Of a stretch of DNA of 64,000 nt, positions 12,601 to 25,500 are shown piece after piece. How positions within the stretch are numbered: position 1 is the stretch's first letter; every line of letters starts with the position of its first letter. The notes beneath the pieces were generated by a model that worked only from the letters and a program-made list of their open reading frames with translations, was not told the DNA's origin and searched no databases. Source of the DNA: Phoronis australis (taxonomy: Eukaryota; Animalia; Phoronida); the NCBI GenBank assembly GCA_002633005.1, contig NMRA01000647.1, positions 89,050-153,049 of the forward strand, read 5' to 3'. The position numbers and the translations under genes were made by a program.

Positions 12601-14510
12601 GGAGAACCATACAAAATAGCCAGTGGACTGATCGCTAAAAAGAGTGTCTTTTACACGACCAGTTTTCCTACGAAAAAGGTGCTTTTTCCAACAGAAAGGG
12701 TCAATTTTTCAAATAAAAGTCCCTACACTGACGGAGCGCACTGTGACCGAAGCCTATCGAGGTGAACGATTTTCCAAAAGCTTTTGTTTTTTTTCATAGG
12801 ACATTTAATCTTTTCTTGTGCTGTTTCGGGATTCATGGCCAGGTTCAGAAATTGTACTTATTTTTGACTACTCGCTGCTGTTTTAACCCTACTTAAAAGT
12901 ATTTTAGCACCGGTGCTGCAAATACCGCGGGTACCAGAAAAGGGGTTCTCAGCCTGAGATTGCACTGCGGACGCGGGGCTTTTCCTAGCTGTCATCAGTT
13001 TACAGCGTTCTCTACTGCTAACATATGTGACGGTTTAATCTACGAAAACTTCGATTTTTACAGAAAATGCGCAACCGAAAAACGTGGAAACATTTGAATG
13101 AGAAATACTTTTACTTTATTTCGCCATATAAGAAAACAAATAAATTGCCTGGTGAAAGTACTCGTAAAATGTTCTCCTACAGCTCAGTTCCATTGACTAG
13201 TGTAGCACTCCATTTTCAAATCGATTCAAATCTAATAATCATTTCCAATCTGCGTAATGACCAAGATGGGCCGATTTTATATCAGAAGTGACCGAAATCA
13301 CAGAAGGTGTGGATTTATTGCCTCTTCAAAGTTGCTACACCCGAGTTAAAACCGATGTCTTACGTGTTAAACATCGAAGCTAATCATGATTTTGATCCGG
13401 GTGCCAAAAATCGCCAATGTCGCGTGTCCTTGCATTGTATAATTATAATAATCGCATTAAATTTAACCGATGTGTCCAAAGTCATAGTCAATCAAACACC
13501 AGTGACCTAAGCGTTTTTGAAACCTGGCGATCATGTCCAAACCTCCGTTCTCCTTGTCAAAACAATATAGATTCGAAACCAAAATTGGTGAAAAGGAAAG
13601 ATTCAGTGAATTTAAAGCCATGAACTAAACGAGAGAATACAGGAGATCCTTGTAAATTGTTTACGATTGCAAAACATCTCCTTAAATTTCAGTATGAGCG
13701 GGTACACTGTGTTCTCATGGGCAATTCATTTTTTTATGAAACTCAGAACTGCAAATTTAATGCCGACAACAAACTAGTTGTTTATATTTTTTTTTAAATA
13801 GTCAGAGAAGTCAAATAATAGATCTAATACGGCCACATTTAAGAGGGAAATGCAGGAACCAAAATTTCTGCTTCACGTGTTTCACATGCTCGTAATATAA
13901 AAAAAACAATTTCTAGGCCACGTACGTAGGCAGTGCGTCTCTAATGGTGCCGAACCTTTTTAACACGCGTTTTATTGACATCGCATTAAAGGTAAACCAT
14001 CCTACTCGACCCACGGATTCGTATTAGCTTTGTTTGATCCACATGAATGCACCATGAAGATTGTGCATTTGGCTTTGAAGGGACAGCGACATTGTGCAGC
14101 GCGACCCCGTAACTTGTAGCTGCGTACTTTGGGCCCGTGACTTTGTGAATGATCGTAATCAACAAATGGAGACAAGTGATATTTCCTCCTTATTTGTGAA
14201 AAAAAATGCAATCTGGTGTTGTTTACTGCAAACCGAAGTTCATGTAAAAATTAATACTGAATTTTTAATTTGCGTTAAATACATTTTATGGGATTTAATT
14301 TAAGTCCTTGTTTATCGTTCCTCGCGCGCAAGCGGTTACAAGCCATAAGCTGGACTAAGCTGGGACGCGTGTCTCCATGCTGTTTTACGTGTAATTATAG
14401 TGTAAACTCTCTCTTCATTGATGGATTTAATGCCTTTTTGTTAATGAAATTTTGTTATCGTGAAATATAATTGATACCACAAATTAATTGCGGCACTGAT
14501 AGTAACAACA

Positions 14511-14849
14511 CATTGGCGGATTTAGGGGGTGGGGGCAGAGGAGCCCCCTTGGCTGCCGGCAAAAAGATAAAACAGCAAGAGCGTGAGGAAATATTGAGTT
14601 AATAATTAACGCAGACAATTAACATGTGGCGGCTGAGAGGGAGCTCAGACCATCGGCGCAAACCTTCTCCCGTTTTTTTTTTCTTTTAGTCGTCCGTTTG
14701 TTTTGTTTTTTAGTGGAAGGTCCACATCCTGAAATCCGAGCCCACTATTTTTTAGCCTGGATGCGCGCATGCAGTTATATCGTCCTTTGCGCGATTGCCC
14801 GAGACAAAATTTTGGACCCTCCCCTTACGATATCCTAGATACGCCACTG
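14511..14849. mobile_element. hAT-like MITE (CAGTGGCGGAT-type termini)
   Basis: cattggcggatttagggg... / ...ctagatacgccactg; no clear TSD. Confidence 0.55.
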
Positions 14850-16513
14850 CAAAGTTCCTGATCATAAATACTTAATTCCACGTATTTCGGTTTTCCTTTC
14901 AAAATATAACTTCAAAACTGTTCTATTTGTCGATCACTTAAAAAAATAAAATTCATTTTTCGGTCATTTACCCAAAACTACAGGCACAGTTACATACATG
15001 CACATGTATGAGAAGTCGAGATTGTCTATTTCTCCAATGTATTGCGAGATGAATCGCTTCTTTATCGCAGAAAAAAATGTGTCCGAGATAATGCCATGTA
15101 TTGTATGTTATACACTGTGCAACATGACAGCCGGGTGACCGTAATGTTATGATTTGATGCTAAATGGTTAACAGTAATTCATTCTAAATCTCTGAGAGTG
15201 AATATTGTGTAAAGTTGGGTAAACCTAAATGGTTTATCTCTATACATTGATATAAATGAATGGTTATTCACGGACTAAGTGGAGCGAAACACTCACGTAC
15301 AGTGATACATGTACACATTTCGACATGTGAACACTGACAACTTTCTTTTGTTATGCTAAAATCACGAATAAAGTAGATCGACGTTAACAACCGGGTCCCA
15401 AAATTTCGCTAAAGCAATGTCAACCATTGTGTCAACCGCAGTTTAATTGGCATGTAGCTCTTCAACAACTCTATCAAAATTGACAAGCATGTTTTTTTTT
15501 ACTTTAACATTTATGGGAATACTTTGATTACATGTAGTTCAGTCACCTGATCCTTTTATTGCGTCTCATGCAGTGGGCACATGAACCAATATGTGCGCGG
15601 AGCAAAGGGGCACTTGCATCAAGTTAAGGCGTGGCCAGGCTGCACACGAGTGAGTGACAACATCACAGGCGCGGTATTAATTGAAATTCTGCAGTATTGT
15701 CCACAGCGCATGAGAGCGACGTCGCGCGACTGAATGTTCCGTTTCATAATTCAATCGCACGACGTCACCTAGCGTCATCGCGTTGCTTGAAGGAATCACA
15801 GCGCACAAACTTCGATTTTCCTGCTACATTTTGTATATTTCCTTTAACATAGAACGTGCATTCTGGCTCGACCTTGGCATTTTAATATTGGCGGTGGCGC
15901 ATACACGTATATCCCTTTAGTATCTTGTCGATGTTTGGTTTAATATCCACAATCTGGCCATTGTGTGATACACGGGAGATTTCCGAATGAGTGTCCACAA
16001 AACTGCTCCCAAGGGGCTTTGTCGGAAAAAAGTGTTAGGGCTCTTACTGTAAACATTATCCTCACTCAGCAGTGGTGATTTGTTCGTCGACTTTTCTTAC
16101 AGTGAGAGGTTGGCGAAAACCAAATCTAAATTTTACTTGTGCAGTCTGCACGTGTTGGTTTTACACATTGGTGACGTACGTACGTGCACATTAATTGAGA
16201 AATTCTGCACAATCATAGGTACATGTAGAATGAAGCAACACGTGGTAAGTTGAATGGAAACGATATGATGAATGACATGAACTCAAGTAGTCACTTAATC
16301 TGACAAAACACGGCAGTGTATTTTCTGTCATAATTCTCTTTAATTTGCAATCTGAGGCGATGAAACACATTACTTATATCGTTTAAATAAACCGATCATG
16401 CAGGATTTAATAAATTTGCATAATGACCTTTCACCGGGAAAACAAATAAAAGGCCGAGTGTTTCGACCAGACATCACTTCCATTCGTGGTTCAGGACACG
16501 TGAGAGGGAAACA

Positions 16514-16519
16514 ATGAAG
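16514..16519 (+). CDS. Chitinase coding exon 1 (MK)
   Basis: acaATGAAG|gtaacg; phase 0 joins the signal-peptide exon. Confidence 0.7.
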
Positions 16520-19500
16520 GTAACGGTAACATTATACACTTGAAGTTCTCGTATGTTCTATTGTAATAGCAACTTTTACTCTTTCAGTTCGGGTGCTAGC
16601 CCCTCAAATGATCAAGAAAAGTTCGCTGATAGACAAATCGTAAATATTCATAATTCATTAACCAGCAAACTTGAACGATTGAACTGTTTTTCCAAAGGTA
16701 CGTTTTTCCTGAGCAGTTATGGACACACTTCGTGATTAACTCACGTGATCTATCAGCCGCGCAATAATGCTCTGAACAAGCGGTCTAAAGAGGCAGTATG
16801 CTGAGCTTGAAGTCGTTAGTTGGCACGGAGGCAAATGTTGCTGCTTCAAATAGGTGGCAAAACCTGGATTCCGAATCTAATCTCCGACTTTAGAACTCGG
16901 ACTCGTATTCAACTAATCATGCTGCATGGTCCGAGTGCAAATTTCTAAATTTATAAGAAGCGTGACACGTAACTGGGAAATTTTCTATCCAATTTTCGAG
17001 CACAGAGAATGGACACCGGACCCTGTTATTCTAGTTTGTGGTTGGTCTAAACTTGCAGCGCGGTAGAGAACGAATTACGAGAATGCTGTCAACCAAACCT
17101 GTGCATGTCATGTTGTAGCGCTCTTTAAATGTATAAATGATTGCACGTACTAATCGTGTAAATATTGAAAGCCTGTGCAAATGTGACTAGTCATTTTTTG
17201 GTTTCAGGGTCTTAGTATTTGTACACTCGCTCTTGCTTTGGCAATATGCACTGTCACCAGTCACCAAGCAGAAATTACAAGAAGAAGTAAGTTGTCACCT
17301 CAAAACATCAGTGTATCTAACGGACGAAATAGAAATATGAATATGATAAACTTTTGCATGTACAAACCACATGTTATTGATTTCCATCACTTTTCGGCGT
17401 ACGATGGTTCCTCGACGTACGAAAAATGCTGTATCTCGGGTTCATTTATTGAACACAGCCTAGGTGACTGTAAAATTTGTCTGCTGTGAAGAAGACGTTT
17501 TCCAGATTCCGAGCCATTTCCTTTTGTGCGAAAAAGGTCGACGGATCCTGGTGCCGGGGTGTCCATCAATGGTTCTGCCCTCTACAGGCCTAAATTTAAA
17601 GTATACCCCTCTTCACTGACGGAGAAGGGATCTTTTCACTAGTGTTGCACTGCATGCGAGATAGATCGTTGCCAAATGACTTCTCAGAGAGCTCGCAAGG
17701 TGTTGTTTAACTGCGACTGGCGTAGGCGAGTCGCATGGTTATCACCAATGGGACGCTACCATGATTGTTTTCCTTTGTTGCGTCTTTGTTGGATATAACA
17801 ATACAAGTCGCATGGATATCGTACCTTGAGCGCACATCAGCCGGTTATCGATAAACGATTTTCATTATCCTTATCATAACAAAGAAAAAACGAACAATGG
17901 TTACGCTAATCTACCAAACTCTCTGCGACCAGCTTGCGACCTAGTTTCAGAACTTCTGCTGTGGCAAATTGTCATTCACAGTTTAAGGAATGGGCGATCT
18001 GATAATTATATTTTGTTCTGGCGCTTTACTCAGTCCAACGATCGCAAAGAATTTTAAATCTCATGTTTATATATTGATTAGCAAACCAAAGTTAATGAGA
18101 CATTTTTTTTAAATTCACTGCCTAAATTACAAATTAAATTTATAACAAGGTTACTCAATCAAACAAAGAGATTTTATACGATGACAAAAGCAGAATATTC
18201 CCCAGACATCAATATAATTGATGGTGCCAGCAATCAAACATGTAAATATTCAATGAATTTGTAAAGACTACCCGACCCAACCAAACCTAAGGTCCCTTCA
18301 ACTTAATGTGAAGGTGCATTCTAAAGCCTTGTCGATGATTGGAACCAAATACTATCTAAATGGGTTAATGGAATATAGAGTCCCATTTAACAAGGTGATT
18401 TAGTTCACGCGTACACGTTCTTCATGACTCTTCATTTAGGCATTAATCAAGGAGGAATTGCAGCTTAACATGTCAAGGTTTTGTTGCTAGGTAGCGGAAG
18501 CTATAAGATCGTCTGCTACTTCACTAACTGGGCACAATACAGAACAGGCGCGGCAAAGTTCATGATGGACACACTCGATGCCAATCTCTGCACACATGTG
18601 ATATTTGCATTCAACATGGTGAAAAACGACAAAATCATCACTTTTGAATGGAACGACGAAGCTAGTGAGTAGTACACATTTAGTAAAAAATTTGCCAGTA
18701 TTCGATTGTCACCGGTTATGCGTAATTTATTGGTTGGTTCCCTGCCTTAAAGCTACATGTCGTAAAGTCTACAGTGTACATGCTTTGGCAGATAAACTTG
18801 ATGCGATTCTGTAACATTGTTGTTACAGGAACGAGGCTCAATGATAAGCGCTCTTAATGGGTCAGTATCGGTTTTGGGGACGAAAAACGCATTTTTGGAA
18901 TTTTTGTTGGATGTGACACATTTCGTAAAGGTATTAGCATTGACGAGAGCTAAAATACAGCAAAATCTGCTGTTTTAGTCATTTAGTTACAAGTTGCCAA
19001 TTCTGGCAGTTGTCTGCCAGAAATTCACTGAAATGATATCTCTGTCATTTAGGGTGCGGACTTGGATCAGCGGCAGAGCGTTCGATTCCTACTAGCGAGT
19101 TCTAGTCCGCGCCACTGCCAAGATCTGTAAAATTACTCTTCTCTCGAGAGAGCACTTCTGTCTCAGGCGCGAGACAATTCGGTACAAGTTGAATCATATA
19201 TTCGTGAGCAGTGAGAGAGCGCTATTACGTGTCAAAAGTTTTCAACTTGACTGACAACAGATAATCGGAGTTTTTAAATTGATAAATTTGTCTCTACTTT
19301 ACGTGGTGAGTGTGGGAAAATTAATTTATGGCTTACACGTATGTCCAATGTTAGGTATATGCTTTGCGTTTTGACAGCGAAAGCGGAGCAATTGGCGGAA
19401 AAAATTGGTTCAGATCACATCGCCAACGTCAAACATACTACCTTTCAGGGCCGTAGGAAGCCCCCCCCCCAAAACAAAAAAAAATTGCAGGCGTCTGGGT

Positions 19501-22500
19501 TAAACCGTGACAACCGACATAAGCATGGTGCCGGGGACAGTCGAGAAAAGAAAGACTGAGAAAAACGGATAAGAGAGAAAATTCAAGAGGACATTTAACA
19601 AATCCGCATCAGTGCATGGTTTACCTTTTGAGGACCCTGGCCAGGACACTGTTGTTAGGGTCTTCACTTTTGTAGCACAGGTCATCTAAACGCACACATA
19701 TATTTCGAAAAACCGAGAAAAGCTTTTGCGGAGCGTACTAATGATTAAATTCAATAAGTCAATTTTGCGAACGCAAAACTATATTTTTCCTGAGGCCCCT
19801 CTCTGGCAAGGGATAACGGAGACAACTTTCGCTTTATTTTTTTCTTGAAACTGAATATCACTTGAGAAAAATTGATGATCTGACAGATAACATCAATTGC
19901 TGCGCATTTCCTGATATTTGAAAATACATATATTTTCATGTTTAGGAGCCCCGCCCTTGAAGGACGCCATTGATGACATTAAAGTGGCCACCTTTTTGTG
20001 CTTTTATTGACAAATTCTTAAGGGGCAGCTCACGGAGAAGGAGGCCCAATGTTGGAATCGATTACCTCTATTTTCCTGTTTTTAGTGAAATCGTGCGTTC
20101 ATGTTGAAGCAGGTCACTCCCTGCCTCGTTTTGGGACCACACGATGGTGGAATGAACTGTCACTTTTTCCAAGCTTAACGATGTTTAGCCTTTCATCTTA
20201 AGGTGTCCCATTTCAGACGGTGCCCTCTCTCGGCATTTCGGAGTGAATGTCCCTTTGTCTCCCTATATACATGTATATCTGCGCGTGCAGGGCAAGCGTA
20301 CACAGGCACTATATCTGCGCGTGGCGCAATGAATTTTGGAATTAAATGCTGAATGACCTTAATATGAACATGTGTCTTTAAACGCAATATTGCCACAAGT
20401 CAAACTTTAATAACTGCTAAAACTAATGATTGCCTAAAGGTATTTCAATAAACACAATATACATTCATTGACTGGCCTTGGTGCATTACAAGCTTCAAGG
20501 TGTAAGACGTATCAAATCCAGATAGAAAAAACATTCTATAAAGAGTTCGTCTCTCCCACTTGTTAGACGAAGTACAGGCTCTAGTTCCTATTTTTGGTTA
20601 TACTAATTGTCGTAGCTCGCTATATAAATATAGACATACTAAATCCGTGGTCATGACCATAATATAGAATAGCGGTACATAGGTAGACACTCTATATCCA
20701 TGGTCATGACCATATATATATAGAATAGTGTGCTACATATATAGACATTCTAAATCCAAGGCCATAACCATAATATAGAATAGCGCACTAACCCCTGTAT
20801 GTAAATCCGACATTGCCAAGTATTCACGAGGGGAGCTGAGATTCCAAGTTCATCAAAAAAAAAACACAAAACATTTTTGCACAGCACAGCCATTCGACCC
20901 AAACAACCAAAAATTTGGAAAAATACAGTAGGATTGCCGCCATTTTTGAAAAACGTGAAGACCACTACTTGTGAATTACACCAAAGGACTATTTCCGATG
21001 GTTAGTTATAAAATAATGTTAATGTTTCCGGTAGTATCACAAAAATAGTATCTCTTTTGACGATGGTTACTATGAGTTGTTTGTAAGGAATTCCCACTTG
21101 TGGAAAACACTGCTGTCTAGGCTATTATTTGTAATGATCGTGTACATGTCGAAAGGGGTACTCAAAGAAGTCTCGCAATCATAAACAAAGATTTCAAAGT
21201 TTTTTTGTCAGTGGAGTTCAAGTTCACATCGTGAACCGTTATAGGTACCTCTGAAAACACACCTTAANNNNNNNNNNNNNNNNNNNNNNNNNNNNNNNNN
21301 NNNNNNNNNNNNNNNNNNNNNNNNNNNNNNNNNNNNNNNNNNNNNNNNNNNNNNNNNNNNNNNNNNNNNNNNNNNNNNNNNNNNNNNNNNNNNNNNNNNN
21401 NNNNNNNNNNNNNNNNNNNNNNNNNNNNNNNNNNNNNNNNNNNNNNNNNNNNNNNNNNNNNNNNNNNNTTGCCCCCCCCCCCCCATAATTTTTGCCTTCC
21501 TACGGGCCTGCCTTTGCATTAAATTTATTGCTTATAGCATTTAGCAAGATGGCCGCAAAAAGGAAGACCAATCCAAATCTCAAGTTCTTGCTCGCCATTG
21601 GTGGTTGGACCGCTGGCGTCGTAGAATTCAGTAAGACCGTGTCGAGCGCACAGAAGCGAGCTGCGTTCATTCAACAAGCAATCTCATTCTTGAGACAACA
21701 CGGTTTTGACGGTCTTGACTTGGATTGGGAATACCCAGGCTCGAGAGGCAGTCCTGCGCATGACAAAGGGAGGTTCACAGCATTGGTTAAGGTGAGTGTT
21801 TGCTGCCAAACTACTCACAGATGTAATGTTATGGTAGGAAAAAAGAATTGCAAAACTCCGTGGACGAAACGAGCAGACGACTTTATACTCATTCATAACT
21901 GTTTGAGAAGTCTGAAATTAACGCATTTCCTTTCGCTAAATATTGTGGCAGAAACGCGCCATTTTTCGCCTATTTACAAAAAAGTTTTGAGGAATGACGA
22001 TACGATTTGGTTTCCTCTCCCTTTCAGGAACTACGAGAAGGATTTGAAGCAGAAGCCAGGAGGACAGGAAAAGCTCGGCTGATGTTGACTGCCGCTGTGG
22101 CCGCTGGTGAATCCACCATAAACGCTGGTTATGAAATAGAAAAAATATCAGAGTATGTTGTCATAGCTCTTCTATTTTCTAGAAAATCTCAAAACGGCGG
22201 CCTTGCTGTTTTCTTGTCATCATTCGACTAATGACAGGTTAAAAACAAACAAGTTCAGTATTCAATGTTTTTATAAAATTGTAAGTGACATTTTTTTGCT
22301 CGGAACTATTTAATTCAAACTTTGAAAATGTCCATTTTTTAATTTTAAGACAGCAGTAAAGCTGGTAACAAAAGTAGACAAGACACCCTTTCTCTTTAAA
22401 CAGCAAATGCAACAGGTAATAACTATTGTGTCAGCACAAGTCCAAGTACTGAAACACTTATCCCTTTAATACTAACTACCTTGTATAGTTTCCTTCATTC

Positions 22501-25500
22501 ACACTCACGATGATGAATTCGAGTTTCGCTCAGTTTTCATGACCAAGGGCCCGTTCCAACAAAACTGACTTAGCTAAGACAAATCTTAAATTTTAGAAAA
22601 TTTTAAGATAAAACTTCAATTTGTCTCGAGACCGTTTCAAGAAAGAGATCTTAAGTTTGAATTACGTTTTTGACAAAAGTTTTGTCTTAATTTTAACTAT
22701 CTTGCCGTATGTGGAAGTTTCAAAGCATGGAAGTTAAGACAAATCTTAGACTTAAGTCAAAAATGAACTTAAGTCAGTTTCTTGGAACGGGCCTCAGGAA
22801 TTCCGCGTCATTCTGACTGAAAACTTTTGTCGTGTACTGCGCATGACGACTTTCAATTTTTCGACTTGGCATCATGATTATCACGACATTGGGCGGTCAA
22901 GTTATGAATTATATCCATGAGTGAATTGGCTGCACTTCAGACTTAGCCGGTTCCTTCAGGTCAACCGGGCGAAGACACCTGGCGAGTGATCAGTAACTCT
23001 AGGACCTACGCTAGGACCTAGATAAAATCTAGCCAAAGTCACATGATCTCATTTAAAATACACGGCAATATCTCACGTAATCTCGCGAAGTTTTGGGTTT
23101 TAGCGAAATCCTAGCGTTACTGAACGGAAGTCGTGGTCGAGATCCAATCAGATGTCATAGTCGGTCGACTCGACGGAACCAGCGAAGTCAATAAAGAGTA
23201 CCCTATCAACGCGTTTTCTATCACTAACATTTCTGAGGGTTCGACACAGTTAGACAAAATGCCGTAAAGCAGTAGTTATTTTAGGGAATTGACCGTACAA
23301 ATTTGTAAAACATGTAAGTGTTATTTTTTATTTCAAATAAAATATCAATTGATTTGAAAAGTGCTAATTATGTCATTATAGCATGACGTCATACTCAATA
23401 ATAGACAAACCCACATGTGTAGGCATACGCTATGACTTAGTGCCAAGCAGCAAATTTGAATTTATTGAAGCAAAAATTTCTCCTCCAGCTGGAGATTGTA
23501 AACATTAACTAATCTTATTTCATCTTGCTTTTTTGAGGCAGTTTTAATGGAAAAGCTAATTCGGTGTCTACACAGCTTTTTGCAAATAAGAAGCAGGAAG
23601 TTGCAAACAACAATGGCACCAGAGGGGAGCATTTACGCCATCTCACGGTACATTTCCAGGAACATGCGTATTACGTAATTGTGTATTGTGAAGGGTTCAC
23701 GTCCTGTTGCGGGTTTTACCATAACTTTCCAGAGGCATTGGCATGTATCTATGAGTGGTTACCACCATAATATGTCATTTGATTATATTCAAGATCTCTT
23801 GACTTCATCAACCTGATGGCGTACGATCTACATGGCTCTTGGGAAAGCACAACGGGTCATCACGCGGGAATGAAGGAGACCGGCACTGCTAAGACAAACG
23901 TTGTGAGTAAAACCCGATTGGGTCACCATCCTATTTCGTGAAAATAGAGCGGTACGAAAATGATGGATAAGTTGATATGTAAAAATTAGGTACAACTACC
24001 ATTGGTTAAGGTGGTTGGTGAAAATATTGTCAGTGTTGGTACACTATTGATTAGTATTTGCAGGCTTGTACACAGTTTGAACAGAGGGTCCACTGCGAGG
24101 AAAAATGATCTCTGGAACTAGTAATGACAATACCTATTATTACATGTACAACTACACTGTAAAAAGCCGCAGGATTACAGTCCACTTAAAACGACTACGA
24201 AAAACCGCGTTTCGCGAAATGCGCCAATGAATTTTTTAAACAAATTGCCGCTATCAAACTGATATCATTTAACTCTGGTGAGAAAAAACAACTGGGAGTT
24301 CCTTACTGCTCCAGTTCAAGCTTGGCGCATAGTATGGACCCCGTGATAAGCCAACGAAGAAGATGGTCTCCACCAATAGTTGTCACTCTTTCCAAAGCCA
24401 AGAAATCACATTTGATTTGACCAAAAGAGCAAACTGAGATCATCATTATACATGTAAGTGGCCTAAATCCAAGTTGGTTTTGCGCCCGTAAGGTCAGAGA
24501 CGGGTTTGTAACCGTGCACTTATACCGTTCACACTGGTGTAAGAGATCTGCTCTGCTCCTTGTTTTTGCGCCCTGCACTAAGCAGACATTTATATATGTG
24601 TATCCTTGTGAAGTTTTAGAATTTAAATAATTATGGACTATTTGTTGGACAGGAATGGGCGGTGAACAAATGGTTGTCAGGGATGTCTGACAGCAGTAAG
24701 TTGATTTTGGGAATGGGCGCTTACGGTCGGTCTTTTAAACTGGCCGATTCCTCGAAGACGCACATAGGAGCACCAGCAAGTGGAGCCGGCGCAAAAGGAC
24801 AGTTCACTAAGGAGGCAGGGTTTCTCGCCTACTACGAGGTATGAATTTCTTGCATTCTTTCCTTGCTGAGTACTTGTTGAAGTCAAGNAGGCTCCCCATT
24901 TGGCGAAGTGCGCAAAAGGCCTGACTCAGAGGAACAAAAAGACCGAGAAAACGAGCCAAAAGTCCACTAAAAAGGCGCAAATGCACAATTCACAGCTGTG
25001 AACGGATACCTCGCTTTTTCAGTCGTCCGACTTTTTGTTAGTAGAGGTCCACATTGCCGAGAATTCGAGCTCCCCTATATTTTAGGATGGATGTGCGCAT
25101 GAGTCTTATAGCCTTTAAGAGGCCGAAGTAGATTTGGCTAGGCGATCTTCTCTTGTGCTCTTCTTGGTCGACATGGTTATATTATACATTTTGAGCACTG
25201 AGCCCGGGATGCGTGGAACAGACACAAGACAATCTCAACAGTACATCAAGTGCCTCCTTAATACATGGCTACATCTATCTTGCGTGGCCATGCGTTTTCA
25301 CGAATTTCTTGCGTCTGCTGAACACAATCCGGGCCGACTCCTGTCTTACAAAGAGGTTTTGTTGGTGTCATGACTTTATTCAAATGCTGAACCGGCAAAT
25401 CGGGTTATTTTAGATTTGTCACAACATTAAAAACAACGGATGGACAAGAAAGTTCGACATAACCGCTAAAGCCCCTTACGCACACAAGGGAAACCAATGG

